A stretch of 64,000 bases of DNA from Eledone cirrhosa. Its lineage: Eukaryota. A model generated the notes under the pieces. That model saw only the letters and a list, made by a program, of their open reading frames with translations, did not search any database and was not told where the DNA came from. The translations under genes and the position numbers were made by a program. The stretch covers positions 48,794,001-48,858,000 of the forward strand of contig OZ024744.1 of the NCBI GenBank assembly GCA_964016885.1. The letters are read 5' to 3'. This document shows positions 51,463-64,000 of the stretch, one piece after another; the first letter of the stretch is position 1; the number at the start of each line of letters is the position of its first letter.

Positions 51463-52311
51463 ATTATTATTATTATTACTACTATATATATATATATAAC
51501 GGCAATGACACAGTAATACAGAAGACGCGACTTCCCACGGGAACAAGCCGAAACATATAGATAATATGCCCCCCCCCCCCCCTGTAAAGTGGTTGTGGAG
51601 GTGCCCACACTGTAAATGAGGTTGGTGTTAGGAAGGGCATCCAGCTGTAGAAATCAAGCCAGAATCAGTTGCTGTACGAGCAAGACATAGTCAGCCGACT
51701 GCCCACAACAGGACAACCCGTCTAACCCATGCTAGCGTAGAAGGGATGTAAAACGGTGATGATGATAAAATATATATATATATATTGTACTTATATATAT
51801 GCATATAATACATAATATATATATACATATTGTTTACCTTTTTCACACACACATATATATATATATATATTATATATACTAATATATACTTATATATATA
51901 TATTTAAGCATACACTTATGTATGTATATGCACCACAGCTCTCAGAGAAGGTGGCCCCTTTAAGGGTACTGTAGTATTGTAAAAGTAGTCAGCAGTGATC
52001 TCTTCCTTCAATGACCAGCCAGCCAGCCAGAAAAGTAGGGCACAAGGGGGGTGTATATGTGTGTATTCCTGACCCCTACAAACTGAAGACTAAAAGTCTA
52101 CAGAAACCCCACCCCTATTTGTATATATCTGTGTGTGTGTGTGTATGTGTGTGTGTCTGTGTGAGCCTAAAAAGACACATTTGTATCAAGCTAATGCCAG
52201 GTCAGTGATAGATAAGCTAGGGAGCTGGGACTGAAAACCCCCTACATTTTAACAGCAGGTATCTGTCCCTTATTGTAGCTAACTAGTATAGGGGTCAAAT
52301 GGATTCTTTTT

Positions 52312-52347
<36 letters not shown>

Positions 52348-53029
52348 CATACATGTACATGCTCAAACACACATACATATATGTATATATATATACACAC
52401 ATATATATCCAATTTCATGTACATATGATATAGGTTTTCTTTTACAAGTTTTGTACTTACTTTACACAGACACATATATGTGTATATAAATAAACACACA
52501 CACACATATATATACATACACACACACATTACATGTGTATATAAACAAACACACACATATATATATATAGACACCAAATGTTTACTACAATATATATATC
52601 TATTATATATATATATATATTATATATATATATATCCTGTAGTAAAAGTTTCTTAGAAATATATATATACATATACATTCCAGGAAAACATTTTAAGAGA
52701 TAATCAACACCAACACCACACCAGCACCAGCACCACCATCACTGAAAATATCCCTTAAAAAATATCTACACAAGAAAAACCAGGAATTTTTAGTTCTCAT
52801 ATCCCTACCCCACAAAAAAACCTTAAAAAACAATTTAGGAGACCAGAAGTATTGTGGAATTTTCACCTTTTAATGTCCGAAGTGGGAGCCATTTACTTGG
52901 AGAAGTCCTTTTATGAGCTCATAATTTCTATCATCATCATCATTTTACAACCTTGGTTTTTTTTTTGCCTCTCTTGTGTTGGTTGGTGATCTTCATGATA
53001 AATGCAACCAGTACAGACAAGGGAGAACA

Positions 53030-53400
53030 ACATAGTACAATGATAATATATATTAGTTTAACACTTGATGTCATGTGAAAAAGTCTTAATGTTTCAAATA
53101 TTATTAGACTTTCATCAGCACATAGAATGAGAGAGAGAAAAAAATGGAGAACAAAAATATTTTTTATTGGAAGAAAATACTTGTGCTTAGCCATTTTGTT
53201 CCACACACACACACACACATACATACACACACGTATATACAAATAGTCAATGAGAAAAAAAACAAAAACAAAAAACATCACAGAGAACAGATACAGTAGA
53301 ATAATGATATACATTAGTTTAATGCTTGATATAGTAGGAAAAGTGTCTAAACGTTTCGGATGTTAGTCACCTATCAGAAGAAGAACGATAGACGAAAGAA
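53030..53400 (-). repeat. Tandem pair of hammerhead-bearing units, ~260 bp apart
   Basis: Minus strand reads CTGATGA-AAG...TTT-GAAA-CAT-TA^AGAC at about 53083-53118 and CTGATAG-G...TCC-GAAA-CGTT-TA^GACAC at about 53343-53377. Each is followed by a homologous flank. A third family copy lies at 34020-34100. Confidence 0.55.
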
Positions 53401-53641
53401 AAAGAAAAAAAAATTATACAAGAGTTAAAACACATGCGTATTTAGTCAGTCCTTATATATATAATTGTTTCTACTTTAGGCACAAGGCCAGCAATTATCC
53501 AGTGCATTACTGGTACTTTATTTTATCGACCCCGTAAGGATGAAAGGCAAAGTCAACCTCGGCGGGATTTGAACTCAGACCGTAAATTATATATATAATG
53601 ATTGACTATATTTGTGTGTGTGTGTGTGTATAATGACTAGC

Positions 53642-53710
<69 letters not shown>

Positions 53711-56011
53711 TAGCATCATATACATGACAACCTTTGTAGTGTTACATGATAAACCACCACCTAATACACTCTCTCATGTATAGTGATTGGAATAGCATCC
53801 AGCTGTAGAAGAAAACTTGCCAAACAAAGGACTCTTCAGTTTTGTCATAAACATGACAATCTCCTCAGAATTGGTGTCATGATAATATGCAGTAGAGTGC
53901 ATGAGCATATAAGTAAGATAAAGGTCCCTGGTGCACATAAGAAGATCAGTAACCCAACTTGTATGCTGGCCCAGTCTGTTGACAACCCATCCAAACTCAA
54001 GACATTAAATGATGGTGATGGTGTTTACTAACATTATTAAATCCCTGCAAATTCTTTATTATTCTAAAAATAATTTGAAAACCGTAGGTAGCGTCTATTA
54101 TTTGAAACAGGTTGATGAAATGGTTAAACCTTCTATCTTGGTTTTTTTTTCTGTTAGTTAAGTATCTAATCCAGTTCTGGGTTAATTAAATAACCATCTG
54201 GTTTCAAACTGTTATATTTAATTGTCAAAGATATTTTGCCATACATTCTGTGAACTTTTGAATGACTATTCTTGATCCTCATAGTTTTGTATCTTGTTCT
54301 ATTAACTCCATCTTGTCTTTCTGATAAGATGGAGTTAATAGAACAAGATAAAAGAGGAGACACAGAGGAGCAAGACTAGTCATTGAGAAGGTCACAGAAT
54401 GTGATAAAAGAGCTTTGACAATTAAATAACCATCCAGTTACTAAACTAAGGAATGGATTAGTTACATAACTAATAATAAAACTCCCATCAAATTATATGC
54501 AAGAACGTTTATTATGTTCCAGACACCAACTTGATAATGAGAAAGTTAGACATATCACTAAATCCCTCCAATTCTTGATTCTTTTCAGAATTATTTAGTG
54601 TTTGGAACATATATTTATCAAGATATATTCCAAACACCAACTTGATAATGAGAGTAGCGAGGAAAAGATACTGAATTGGTTTGTGACAACACATCTAACC
54701 CTTGCTAGAGGAAACATGGATATTAAGTTATGATCAGGTTCTATGTTTGCATTTTTGGTTACTCTACAGTTAAAAGACCTTCATAACAACCAACAACTAC
54801 AGAGTTGGTTGCATTTTATTGTGGCACAAGCACTACAACTAGCTCTGGTATATAAATATATCAACACACACGCATATACATCCATACATATATACATACA
54901 TATATGTGTGGTTTGTTAAAAACCTTGAGAGAGAAAACTTTGCTCTAAATACAAGTAACTTGATATTTTAGACATTTTTTCAAAAGATATGCTTGGTTAA
55001 ATATATATACACCAAGGAGATGAAACAGAGCTTGTGTGTGTGTATATATATATATATACACACACACACATACATATAAACATACATATATATATATACT
55101 AACACATATACATATATACACATACATGTGTATAAATACACAAACGGATAATATATATATATATATATACTTTATATATATATACATATATATATTTTTA
55201 AAAAGTATATACATCCATACATATACATATATACATACACACATATATTTTTTCAATGAGACAGCGACCATGCTGAGGCTCCACCTTAGTTTAGTCAAAC
55301 ATAGGGACACATTACACTTATTTCTTTCAACTATTTATTTTATCGATGTCTTTTTTGTGCAACAGCTAAATTACGGAGGTATAAACAACAGCAAAAAACA
55401 AGCATAACCACAGACATGTATATGTATACACAGCCATGCATTTACACATTTATATATATATATATATGCAGACACACCCGCACATGTGAAGATAGAGAGG
55501 GTAATAGCATGTGTGCATTTATATATATATATCACTACCCCAGTTCTAATTATAAAATAAATTTTTAGACTCTACACACCAGTATTTTAAAACACATTCT
55601 TATATATATGTGTGTATATATATATATATGAAGATATATATATAGAGAGATATATGAATATATATATATATATATAAAGATAATATAGATAGATATATAT
55701 ATATACACCAACAGCAGCACACATATATTACACATGGAGACACATATATTTATCAACAGACAGATGCATGTATACTCCATATACACAGTAAATATATAGT
55801 GGATATATATACACCCACAGATGATGATAGAAGGTGACAAGCCATAATTTAATATATGAGTCAGACTTGGAGATGGTTTTTTGAAAAAAATCAACTTTGC
55901 TATGTGTCATGTGTGATATATATCACACAGACATGTGTATATAATGTGTGTGTATGCATACACACACAAACATGTGTGTACATATATATACACACACATA
56001 TATATCCATAT

Positions 56012-56058
<47 letters not shown>

Positions 56059-56063
56059 TTATT

Positions 56064-56714
56064 ACCATCATCACCATTTTTAGATGTTTTTCACTTGCAT
56101 AGGTTGGACAGGTCCTTCTCAGCATAACATCTCTCCACTTGCCCTGTTTTTCATCATCTGCTCTGTGAGTGTCAGTAATTTCAGGTCTTCCTTGGTCTAC
56201 CTCTACAGGGATTTCCTGGTACTTCTTCACTCAGCGTTTATTATCCATGCATATCACATATCTGTAGCAATGCAGTCTTATCCTTTGCACAGCAACGAAT
56301 CATGGTTGCTTCAAATCCTCTGCAGTTAGTACCCATGTTTCACTACCATGCAGCACTGCACTTCGCACACGTTCATCATACAGTCATCATTTTGTACATG
56401 GTTGCAAACATTTTTGTTGTCAACAGTGGGAGTAGCTTTCCAAACTTCTTTCATCCTATCCTTATTCTAGCTATTATGTTCTCAGTGCATCCTCATCTGC
56501 TGCTAATTAGGTCACCTAGATAGCAGAAGCCATCAAGCACCTCTGTGGATCCTTCCTGGCTTTTATCTTTGACACTCATACCCTTGATTACCCCTGTGCA
56601 CATTCAACATTCAAAGTCTTCCCCTCATGAAGGTCTACCTGTTATCCCACTTTTCTTGTGTACCCAAAATTTACATTATGTACATTGTATAAAGTTTATG
56701 CCTACTCCTTTTAC
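56064..56714 (-). mobile_element. Degraded RTE subfamily B-like 3' fragment
   Basis: Minus-strand WVQEK, FCYLGD, RIRIG*KKFGKLLPLL and EIPVE remnants, with a (GAT/GGT)n tail. Confidence 0.75.
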
Positions 56715-57289
56715 GTACATATATATACACAAACACACACATACGAGGGATTGAGTAATATTAGTAATATAACTGGCTTTCGAATTATGAAGTTGGAATT
56801 TGGAATATAACTTAACAAAAGTCCTTGCATACACCTCATGGTAAATATAAACAGTTTAACATTTTCATTGCCATATTTGGAAGGTTTTTGCAATATACCT
56901 AATACACCTAACATGCTTGCTCACCATTGCCAAACTGTTGTTTGGAATATCACTTAAAATTTCTCTTGCAAAATTATGCTAGAAAGCCTTTATAAGGAAT
57001 AATTTTGTATCATAGAACCAGGGATAACATGAGGGTGTTAATTGTAAACACACAAAATAAATAAAACAATATATATATATATATATACATACACACACAT
57101 ATATACATATATAAACATTTACACACAAAAAAATTTTAACATACATTTTTGTAATCTTTTTATTCATATATATATATACTGGAAGAAAATTGAAATACAG
57201 ATTTTTCGTTGAAAAAAAAAAAAAAAAAGACTTTTTAACGTACATAATATATAAATTCAGGAGAAGTGTGAAATAGAAATTATATATAT

Positions 57290-57348
<59 letters not shown>

Positions 57349-57464
57349 GTATGTATATACATATATATATGCATATATAAACATATGTATATGCATTTAT
57401 ATATATGAATGCATATATATATATTATATATATATATATAATTAAATGATTGTCTAGAGCGCAC

Positions 57465-57498
<34 letters not shown>

Positions 57499-57783
57499 TG
57501 TACGTATATATATATATATATGGATATATATACATGTATAAAAATACATAATGTACGTACATATATATATAATCCACATGCATATATATAAATACATACA
57601 TACACACATATGCGGTACATATGTATATATATATGCGGTACATGTGTATATATATATGAATAAATATATATATATACACACATTACATACACAAGTAAAC
57701 ACACATATATATGCATATGTATATATAAACCTCGATATCTCTCTACATATGGATATATAAATGTACATGTATGTTTGTATATG

Positions 57784-57833
<50 letters not shown>

Positions 57834-58234
57834 CATAACTATATACATTCGTATATATATATACACACATGCACACACATATATATTTATACACCCATAC
57901 ATATATGATAACACACATCCATACACACATTCACACACATATTATACTTACATATACAAAATTGCTTTGTAAAGAATAATACAACTAATATATATATATA
58001 CACACTGGAAATAGGCAAATATATACATATACATAAGCAGTTTTTAAATCCACATATACACACCCAGAAACGTTGTACACACACATTACTATACATCCAT
58101 AAGAGAGAAACATGTGTCTATGTAGATATATATATATATACACATACATATATATATATATTTATATATATATATATATACACACAAACATTATGGCAAG
58201 ACCAAAACCCCTACCCCCAATATTATGTATATAT

Positions 58235-58266
<32 letters not shown>

Positions 58267-58456
58267 GTATATATATAAATGTATATATATAATCACGTGT
58301 ACACACACACACACACACACATTATGTCTTCCCAACTCATGGAATGCATATGTCTAATAATAATAATAATAATAATGATTTCTAATTTGGGCACAGGGCC
58401 AGCAATTTCAGGGGATGTACACACAAATATATATATGCATACACATACACATACAC

Positions 58457-58526
<70 letters not shown>

Positions 58527-58777
58527 GTGCACATACATATTTACATATACATGCACACACACACATATATATATATGCACACAGATCATGTATATTAAGT
58601 TAATTATCATATCACTGCCTCATTAAGCAGCTATACACCCATCGTTCCAGTCTACTGGTGTATAACAACATTTTATACACCCATTCATATACACCCAGTC
58701 ACATCTTATCATAGTGAAGCAGCTATGTGATGAAAATAATGTCAGCTTGTTGTATATAAATGAGTATATATATACAT

Positions 58778-58865
<88 letters not shown>

Positions 58866-59270
58866 CTATACTTACACACACACAGATATATATACACACA
58901 CATGTGTGTACATAATCTTATACAAACAAGTTTGTTGCCAATTATACGCTAGAATGCATCTATGCACATGCATCCATGCATGTGTATATACACATACACA
59001 TACATACATGCATATATATATATATATATTTATATATACATATATATAAGTGTATACAATACCAGATTAGATTTAACCTCCTGGCCTTCAGAGCTGAGTG
59101 CACGGCGTATGCAAATATGACTAATTTATGCTAATGTATGCTAATTTATGCACTGTGCCGGACTTTCTTGAAGAAACAAGGGAGAAAGTGAATAAAAAAA
59201 TTAAACACACACACTGTCGTATAGCTGTGTATATACCTATCTCAGTCTCTCTCTCTCTCTCTCTACATAC

Positions 59271-59357
<87 letters not shown>

Positions 59358-59510
59358 TGTGCCTGTGCATATATATGCATGTGTGTGTTCAAGGTTTATT
59401 TATGCCCCAAAAGGTCTATGAATACATGTGTGCATATATATATATATACTCACAAATATAACACACATTCATATGAACACACAGACACACACACAAACAT
59501 TTATATATAC

Positions 59511-59543
<33 letters not shown>

Positions 59544-59800
59544 TGCATAGATATCAAGTATCACCACCTTTTGCACCTCTTCACCCTTTAAAGATGTAGT
59601 CCCCCTCCCCCATACACACACATATACATATACACACACACACACACAAGACATTACAATTTATATACTAGTATGTATACAAAATTCTATTCTTTAGACA
59701 TTTCACAAATTTCACTGTTCAGTCATTCCACACCTTGTATATATATATATATAGATAAATACATACATACACACAAACACATATATATACAAACATATGT

Positions 59801-59834
<34 letters not shown>

Positions 59835-59943
59835 TATGTATACATATGTACATAAATACATACATACACATGTGTACATATATATATATATATAAACAAA
59901 TACAAAAATTTATATCATAAAACATATAATACATACATAGAGC

Positions 59944-59992
<49 letters not shown>

Positions 59993-61565
59993 GTAATAAT
60001 AACCCTGATAATAATAACAAGAATAATAGTTATCATAATTATAAGTTATGTCTGTTTGGAAGTTTGAAAGATAAATTTTTTCAGTTTTTTTTTTATTATT
60101 ATTATTGTTTTTTTTTTGTTTTTTTTTTTTGTTTTTTGTTTGTGTTTTTATTCATTTTTCTTCAGTTCAGTGCAGTGCAAGCGTGTATATAAATATACAT
60201 TATATATATACATACATATATATATATATATATACATACATACATACATGTGTGTGTGTGTGGGTATATATATATATACACATATATATAAAAACACACG
60301 CATATATATATACATACATCTCTGTATCTATATATTTGTACATATATGCATTCATGTCTTTTTATGCATGCATATATATATATACACATATACATATACA
60401 TATATGTCTATATACATACACACACAAACATTCAGACACTGTGTGTGTGTATTTATATACCTTTATATAAAAACATACACATATTACACAGATGTTATAA
60501 AACAGATCAGGTTTCCTTCAGCACATTTGCTACTCTTCCTCTGCTTTCATATTTACCCATCAGCACCCTGCACACATCCACCCCAATCCCCCACTCACTT
60601 ACCCCACAAAAAAATAAAAGAAAATGGTACCTTAATATCGATCATGTCCACCCCACAGAAAAACCACATGTCCTATGCAAAGCCTTTGCCAAATCTTAAT
60701 GATGATGATGAGAGCTCGTGAGATGAGTTTCCTGTTCAAAGCTTTACCCCCATCTACCCCCCAATCCTAATCAAGCATTTATGTCACCCAAAGTCCTCCA
60801 GCAAAACCTCAATCAATTCCCACTCGTAGCCCTTATCAACATTTCAACTTTATTTAGACTCTCATCAAAACTTCTGTTGGAGGTTTGAATACCATGCCTT
60901 TCCTTTATACTCTCTTCTATAACTCAGTCAGCCCATTATGCATATATATATATATATACACACACACACATACATATACATAAATATATATATGCCATAT
61001 ACATATGTACACACAACACAGGCATACATCTTAATCAGGCCTTTATTTTTCCCAAGCCTTCTACAAAACCTCAATCAAACACTTCCCAAATACTCAACTA
61101 ATTCAGGGTGAATGTTCCACTGATGCTAGTCCATTACATCCACACCAGCCCCACTCTGCTGGGGTTTTGTCACACACACATTACTAACATATACATTTTT
61201 TTTTCGTATATTTTTATCTCTGAAGCCCTCTCCAAGTTCTAATCAAAGCCTCATTGAAACCTTTTTTCAAAAAACTTCAACAAAACTCTTCCCAATACCT
61301 CAGTTATTGATGAGAGTCATGGATCTTCCCCAACAAGCCCATCATCCAAATTTCATTGAAATATCAATCACACATTTATGTCCATATGAGCTCCCATCAA
61401 AACCTCAGTCATGTGTGCCTCCCCCATGTCCTTCATCAAAATGTCACTCATGTATGCCTTTCCCCAAACCTCAATTAACAATGAGGATTTCAGGTTTCCC
61501 ATCATCAAAACTGAACCCTTAATCAAGCACGGCCTTCCCCACGACTTCATCAAACCCCCAATCAA

Positions 61566-61942
61566 TTAAGCGTGAATGTCCTGTAGTTGCTGTCCCATCA
61601 CATCCATACCAGCGCCAGCATGGAGCGGAGGGCTCTGGGTCGTCTGTAAGGGCATCCCATGGTGGGCAGCAGCCGCAGACATACCAGGGGGAGCTGCAGG
61701 ACCATGGTGGCCCATCATCATATGGTGGGGGTGGCCTGGGATGAGCATGGCTTGTGAGTGCACTGGAGGGCGCAACTGGGACATCTGGCTGTAGGACCCA
61801 CTTACTGGAGGAGGGCCATACATATCAGCTGCACTGTGCATAGCCGGTACCCCTAGCATGTCATAGCGTTGGCTGTCCGGTACATGGGAGTACCCTGCTT
61901 TCATTGGATCATACATATCACCACCATGAATTCCTTGGAGAG
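61566..61942 (-). CDS. Meis: Meis/homothorax TALE-homeobox gene, last coding exon
   Basis: The acceptor TTTTCTCTTCTGTTTGACAG has its AG at 61944-61943 and is phase 1. The exon encodes (T)LQGIHGGDMYD...QLRPPVHSQAMLIPGHPHHMMMGHHG...TQSPPLHAGAGMDVMGQQLQDIHA*. This resembles the vertebrate MEIS C-terminus as I recall it (LQSMPGD...HPHHPAMMMHGG...AQSP...GGQVMDIHAQ). The ORF-track start at 62003 is intronic. Confidence 0.85.
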
Positions 61943-62323
61943 CTGTCAAACAGAAGAGAAAATAATTGATTAATAACTTAGAAGCACAACAAAAACAAAT
62001 CATAGGTCACACTCCAACCCTAACCTTAAACCTAAATATACTCTCTAATCCTAGCCTTAACCATAATTAATTTGTAATTTCAACCCTAGCCATAATGTAC
62101 TACATGAAACCCCTTTAACAAGACAGTCTTGAAAAATAGGAAACAGCATTATGACCATATCACATTAAATATTGAAATCATTACAGGATGTTAAGAGATA
62201 ATACTGCAAATTTTCACAATGATTTGTCTACCATTTAAGATACAATAAATATTTGAATTAAAAAATACAACCATTTTTTTAAAGATATTTTTTGCTAAGT
62301 CATAGAACAAAGCTAAAACTTAC

Positions 62324-62404
62324 TGTGTGGTCTCATAGACATTTGATTGTTGTCAATATAACCCATTCCTGACTCTGGGTTGTACGGGGCATGTCCCCCT
62401 GGTC
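62324..62404 (-). CDS. Meis: Meis/homothorax penultimate coding exon (81 nt, not in the ORF track)
   Basis: TTGTTTACAG|GACCAGGG...CCACACA|GTAAGT, phase 1 to phase 1. It encodes (G)PGGHAPYNPESGMGYIDNNQMSMRPH(T), similar to post-homeodomain MEIS GAAYSPEGQPMG...QHMGIRPAG. It splices in frame to 61942 across a 381-nt intron. Confidence 0.85.
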
Positions 62405-62840
62405 CTGTAAACAAATTTAATTATTCATTAATTAAAATATATTTAACAACATACATATATCTATGTGTGCATGCACACACACATACATAAGTGCATATAT
62501 ATACACATACACATATACAGTAACAGGGTAGACATGGGCTTCATAAGCTATGGAGAAGGCAACCTGTCAAGGAGACCAGTGACTCTAAATTTAAACTGAC
62601 CCGGGGTAGAGAGGACTGTTCAGTTTGGGCATATAACATCTCTCATGCTGCTGTTACGATGAAATGTGTAAAGTGGTTGGTGATAGGAAGGGCATTTTGC
62701 CAGTAAACCTTGCCAAAAACTACATATATACCAGCGTATGTGATCCACATTAATTGGATATAAAAAGGCTAACACTATACATGTTAGTACTGCGCATGCT
62801 ATTATGCTGACTAACCAAGGCAAATGAGAGAAACCCTTAA

Positions 62841-63102
62841 CCCTTTAGCATTTATATTACTTTATATTTGCTATTGTATTTTCACAGTAAACACTTTATC
62901 TCACTTTATAACAGCGTTTGTTTTCTGGAGCAATTATAACCCCAGAGTCACTTTATCTCACATAATATCAAATCGAGATTTTGATATTATTTCTTTTGAA
63001 AACAATACTTTAAAATAAATATAAGCAGCTGATAATTGCTGGTTTGAACAGAAAGAGGTGAGAGAATTCTGGCCAGATATGGCTGGTTTAAATGCTAAAG
63101 GG
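62841..63102. mobile_element. piggyBac-type MITE in a Meis intron
   Basis: TTAA|CCCTTTAGCATTTA ... TAAATGCTAAAGGG|TTAA. It has a perfect 14-bp TIR and a TTAA target duplication. Confidence 0.85.
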
Positions 63103-64000
63103 TTAATCGTCATCAGTTCTTAAGTTGACATTAGAAGAAAATAATGTCAGCGACAAACAAATTTACAGCTCAAAATTAGTATCGTTAATTAATCTTTTGA
63201 GATATAAGGACCAATGAACAACTGTAAAGTAACATCTTAATGTCTTATTATAATTTTAATAAATAATATACAATTGTGGTAGCCTTCAAATATAATACAC
63301 ACACATGTAAGTCTGCATAATAATAGGTTATGAGGGATTGAGGATTCCTAGGATATTTTTAAGGTAAGCTTTGTATATTTTGCAGTTGTACAAGCAAAAA
63401 AATACAATAAAAAAAAGTTTAAAATCTTCTAATATATCTCAACTCCTAAGTGAGAATTTTCAGGATCTGTTTGCATTTCAAAAGTTACTCCCTTCATGGA
63501 AACACCAAACCCCCGACCTACAAACCTAACAACTAAATGTACAAAGTCCACTTCAAAAATATCCTTCAAGATGTATTATTACAATATTCCCACCCAGTCT
63601 TCTTTCAGCTTTCCATTATGCGTATATATATATGTGTGTGTATATATATATACACACACACTTATACATATATATATATATAAACACACACATATGCTTA
63701 TATATATACATATATATTCTTTTGCTCATCATCATCATCTTTCTCCTTTCCTCTCTTCTTCCATTCTCTCATAATCACTCCCTCTCTCTCTTTCCAGAAA
63801 GAAACAATTGCCAAACAAAATAGCTAATTTAAAAAAATTTTTAAATATGAATATAGGAAAATAAAAATAATTGAATTCAATATAATATAATATAATATAA
63901 TATAATATAAATTATTGTATCATACATCAAAATAAATTTTACTATTACCTGTCTGACGGGATGGGGAACAATAATATAAACACACATACACACCATATAT

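Noticed and set aside
59098-59162. pre-miRNA hairpin or loxP-like site
   Set aside because: Pairing beyond the outer 6 bp is weak, and ATGTATGC lacks the 13-bp loxP arms. I kept the region only as a motif cluster.
61943-62003. N-terminal part of ORF 61566-62003 (MICFCCASK...)
   Set aside because: It is the intron's polypyrimidine tract. The exon starts after the AG at 61944-61943.

Overview
This is animal DNA, not prokaryotic. It is AT-rich and saturated with (TA)n, (CA)n, (GAT)n, (GATA)n and (GGT)n microsatellites. The SINE and LINE families look like those of an octopod cephalopod, which is an inference from family recognition. The only host gene I can support is the 3' end of a Meis/homothorax TALE-homeobox gene on the minus strand: two spliced coding exons at 62324-62404 and 61566-61942, ending ...QQLQDIHA*. 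The other ~57 kb downstream is mostly transposon remnants. It holds about 10 RTE-clade LINE copies in three subfamilies, two of them near-identical, young and inverted. It also holds RTE 3' ends with C2H2 fingers, an R4/Dong fragment, a CR1 fragment, two tRNA-derived SINE families, a deleted mariner, several MITEs and two non-autonomous Helitrons. Four observations stand out. (1) At least 8 hammerhead-ribozyme motifs with intact CUGANGA/GAAA cores, plus several degenerate ones, sit in short ORF-less elements. Many form fold-back palindromes or tandem pairs, as in Penelope pLTRs or retrozymes. (2) A C4HC3 PHD-like finger is inserted inside the reverse-transcriptase domain of every RTE copy that spans that region. 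(3) Both Helitrons carry a captured ribozyme-like cassette. (4) SINEs use interchangeable LINE-derived 3' tails. Most ORFs in the supplied track are microsatellite artefacts. All calls were made by eye, with no alignments, folding or database searches.
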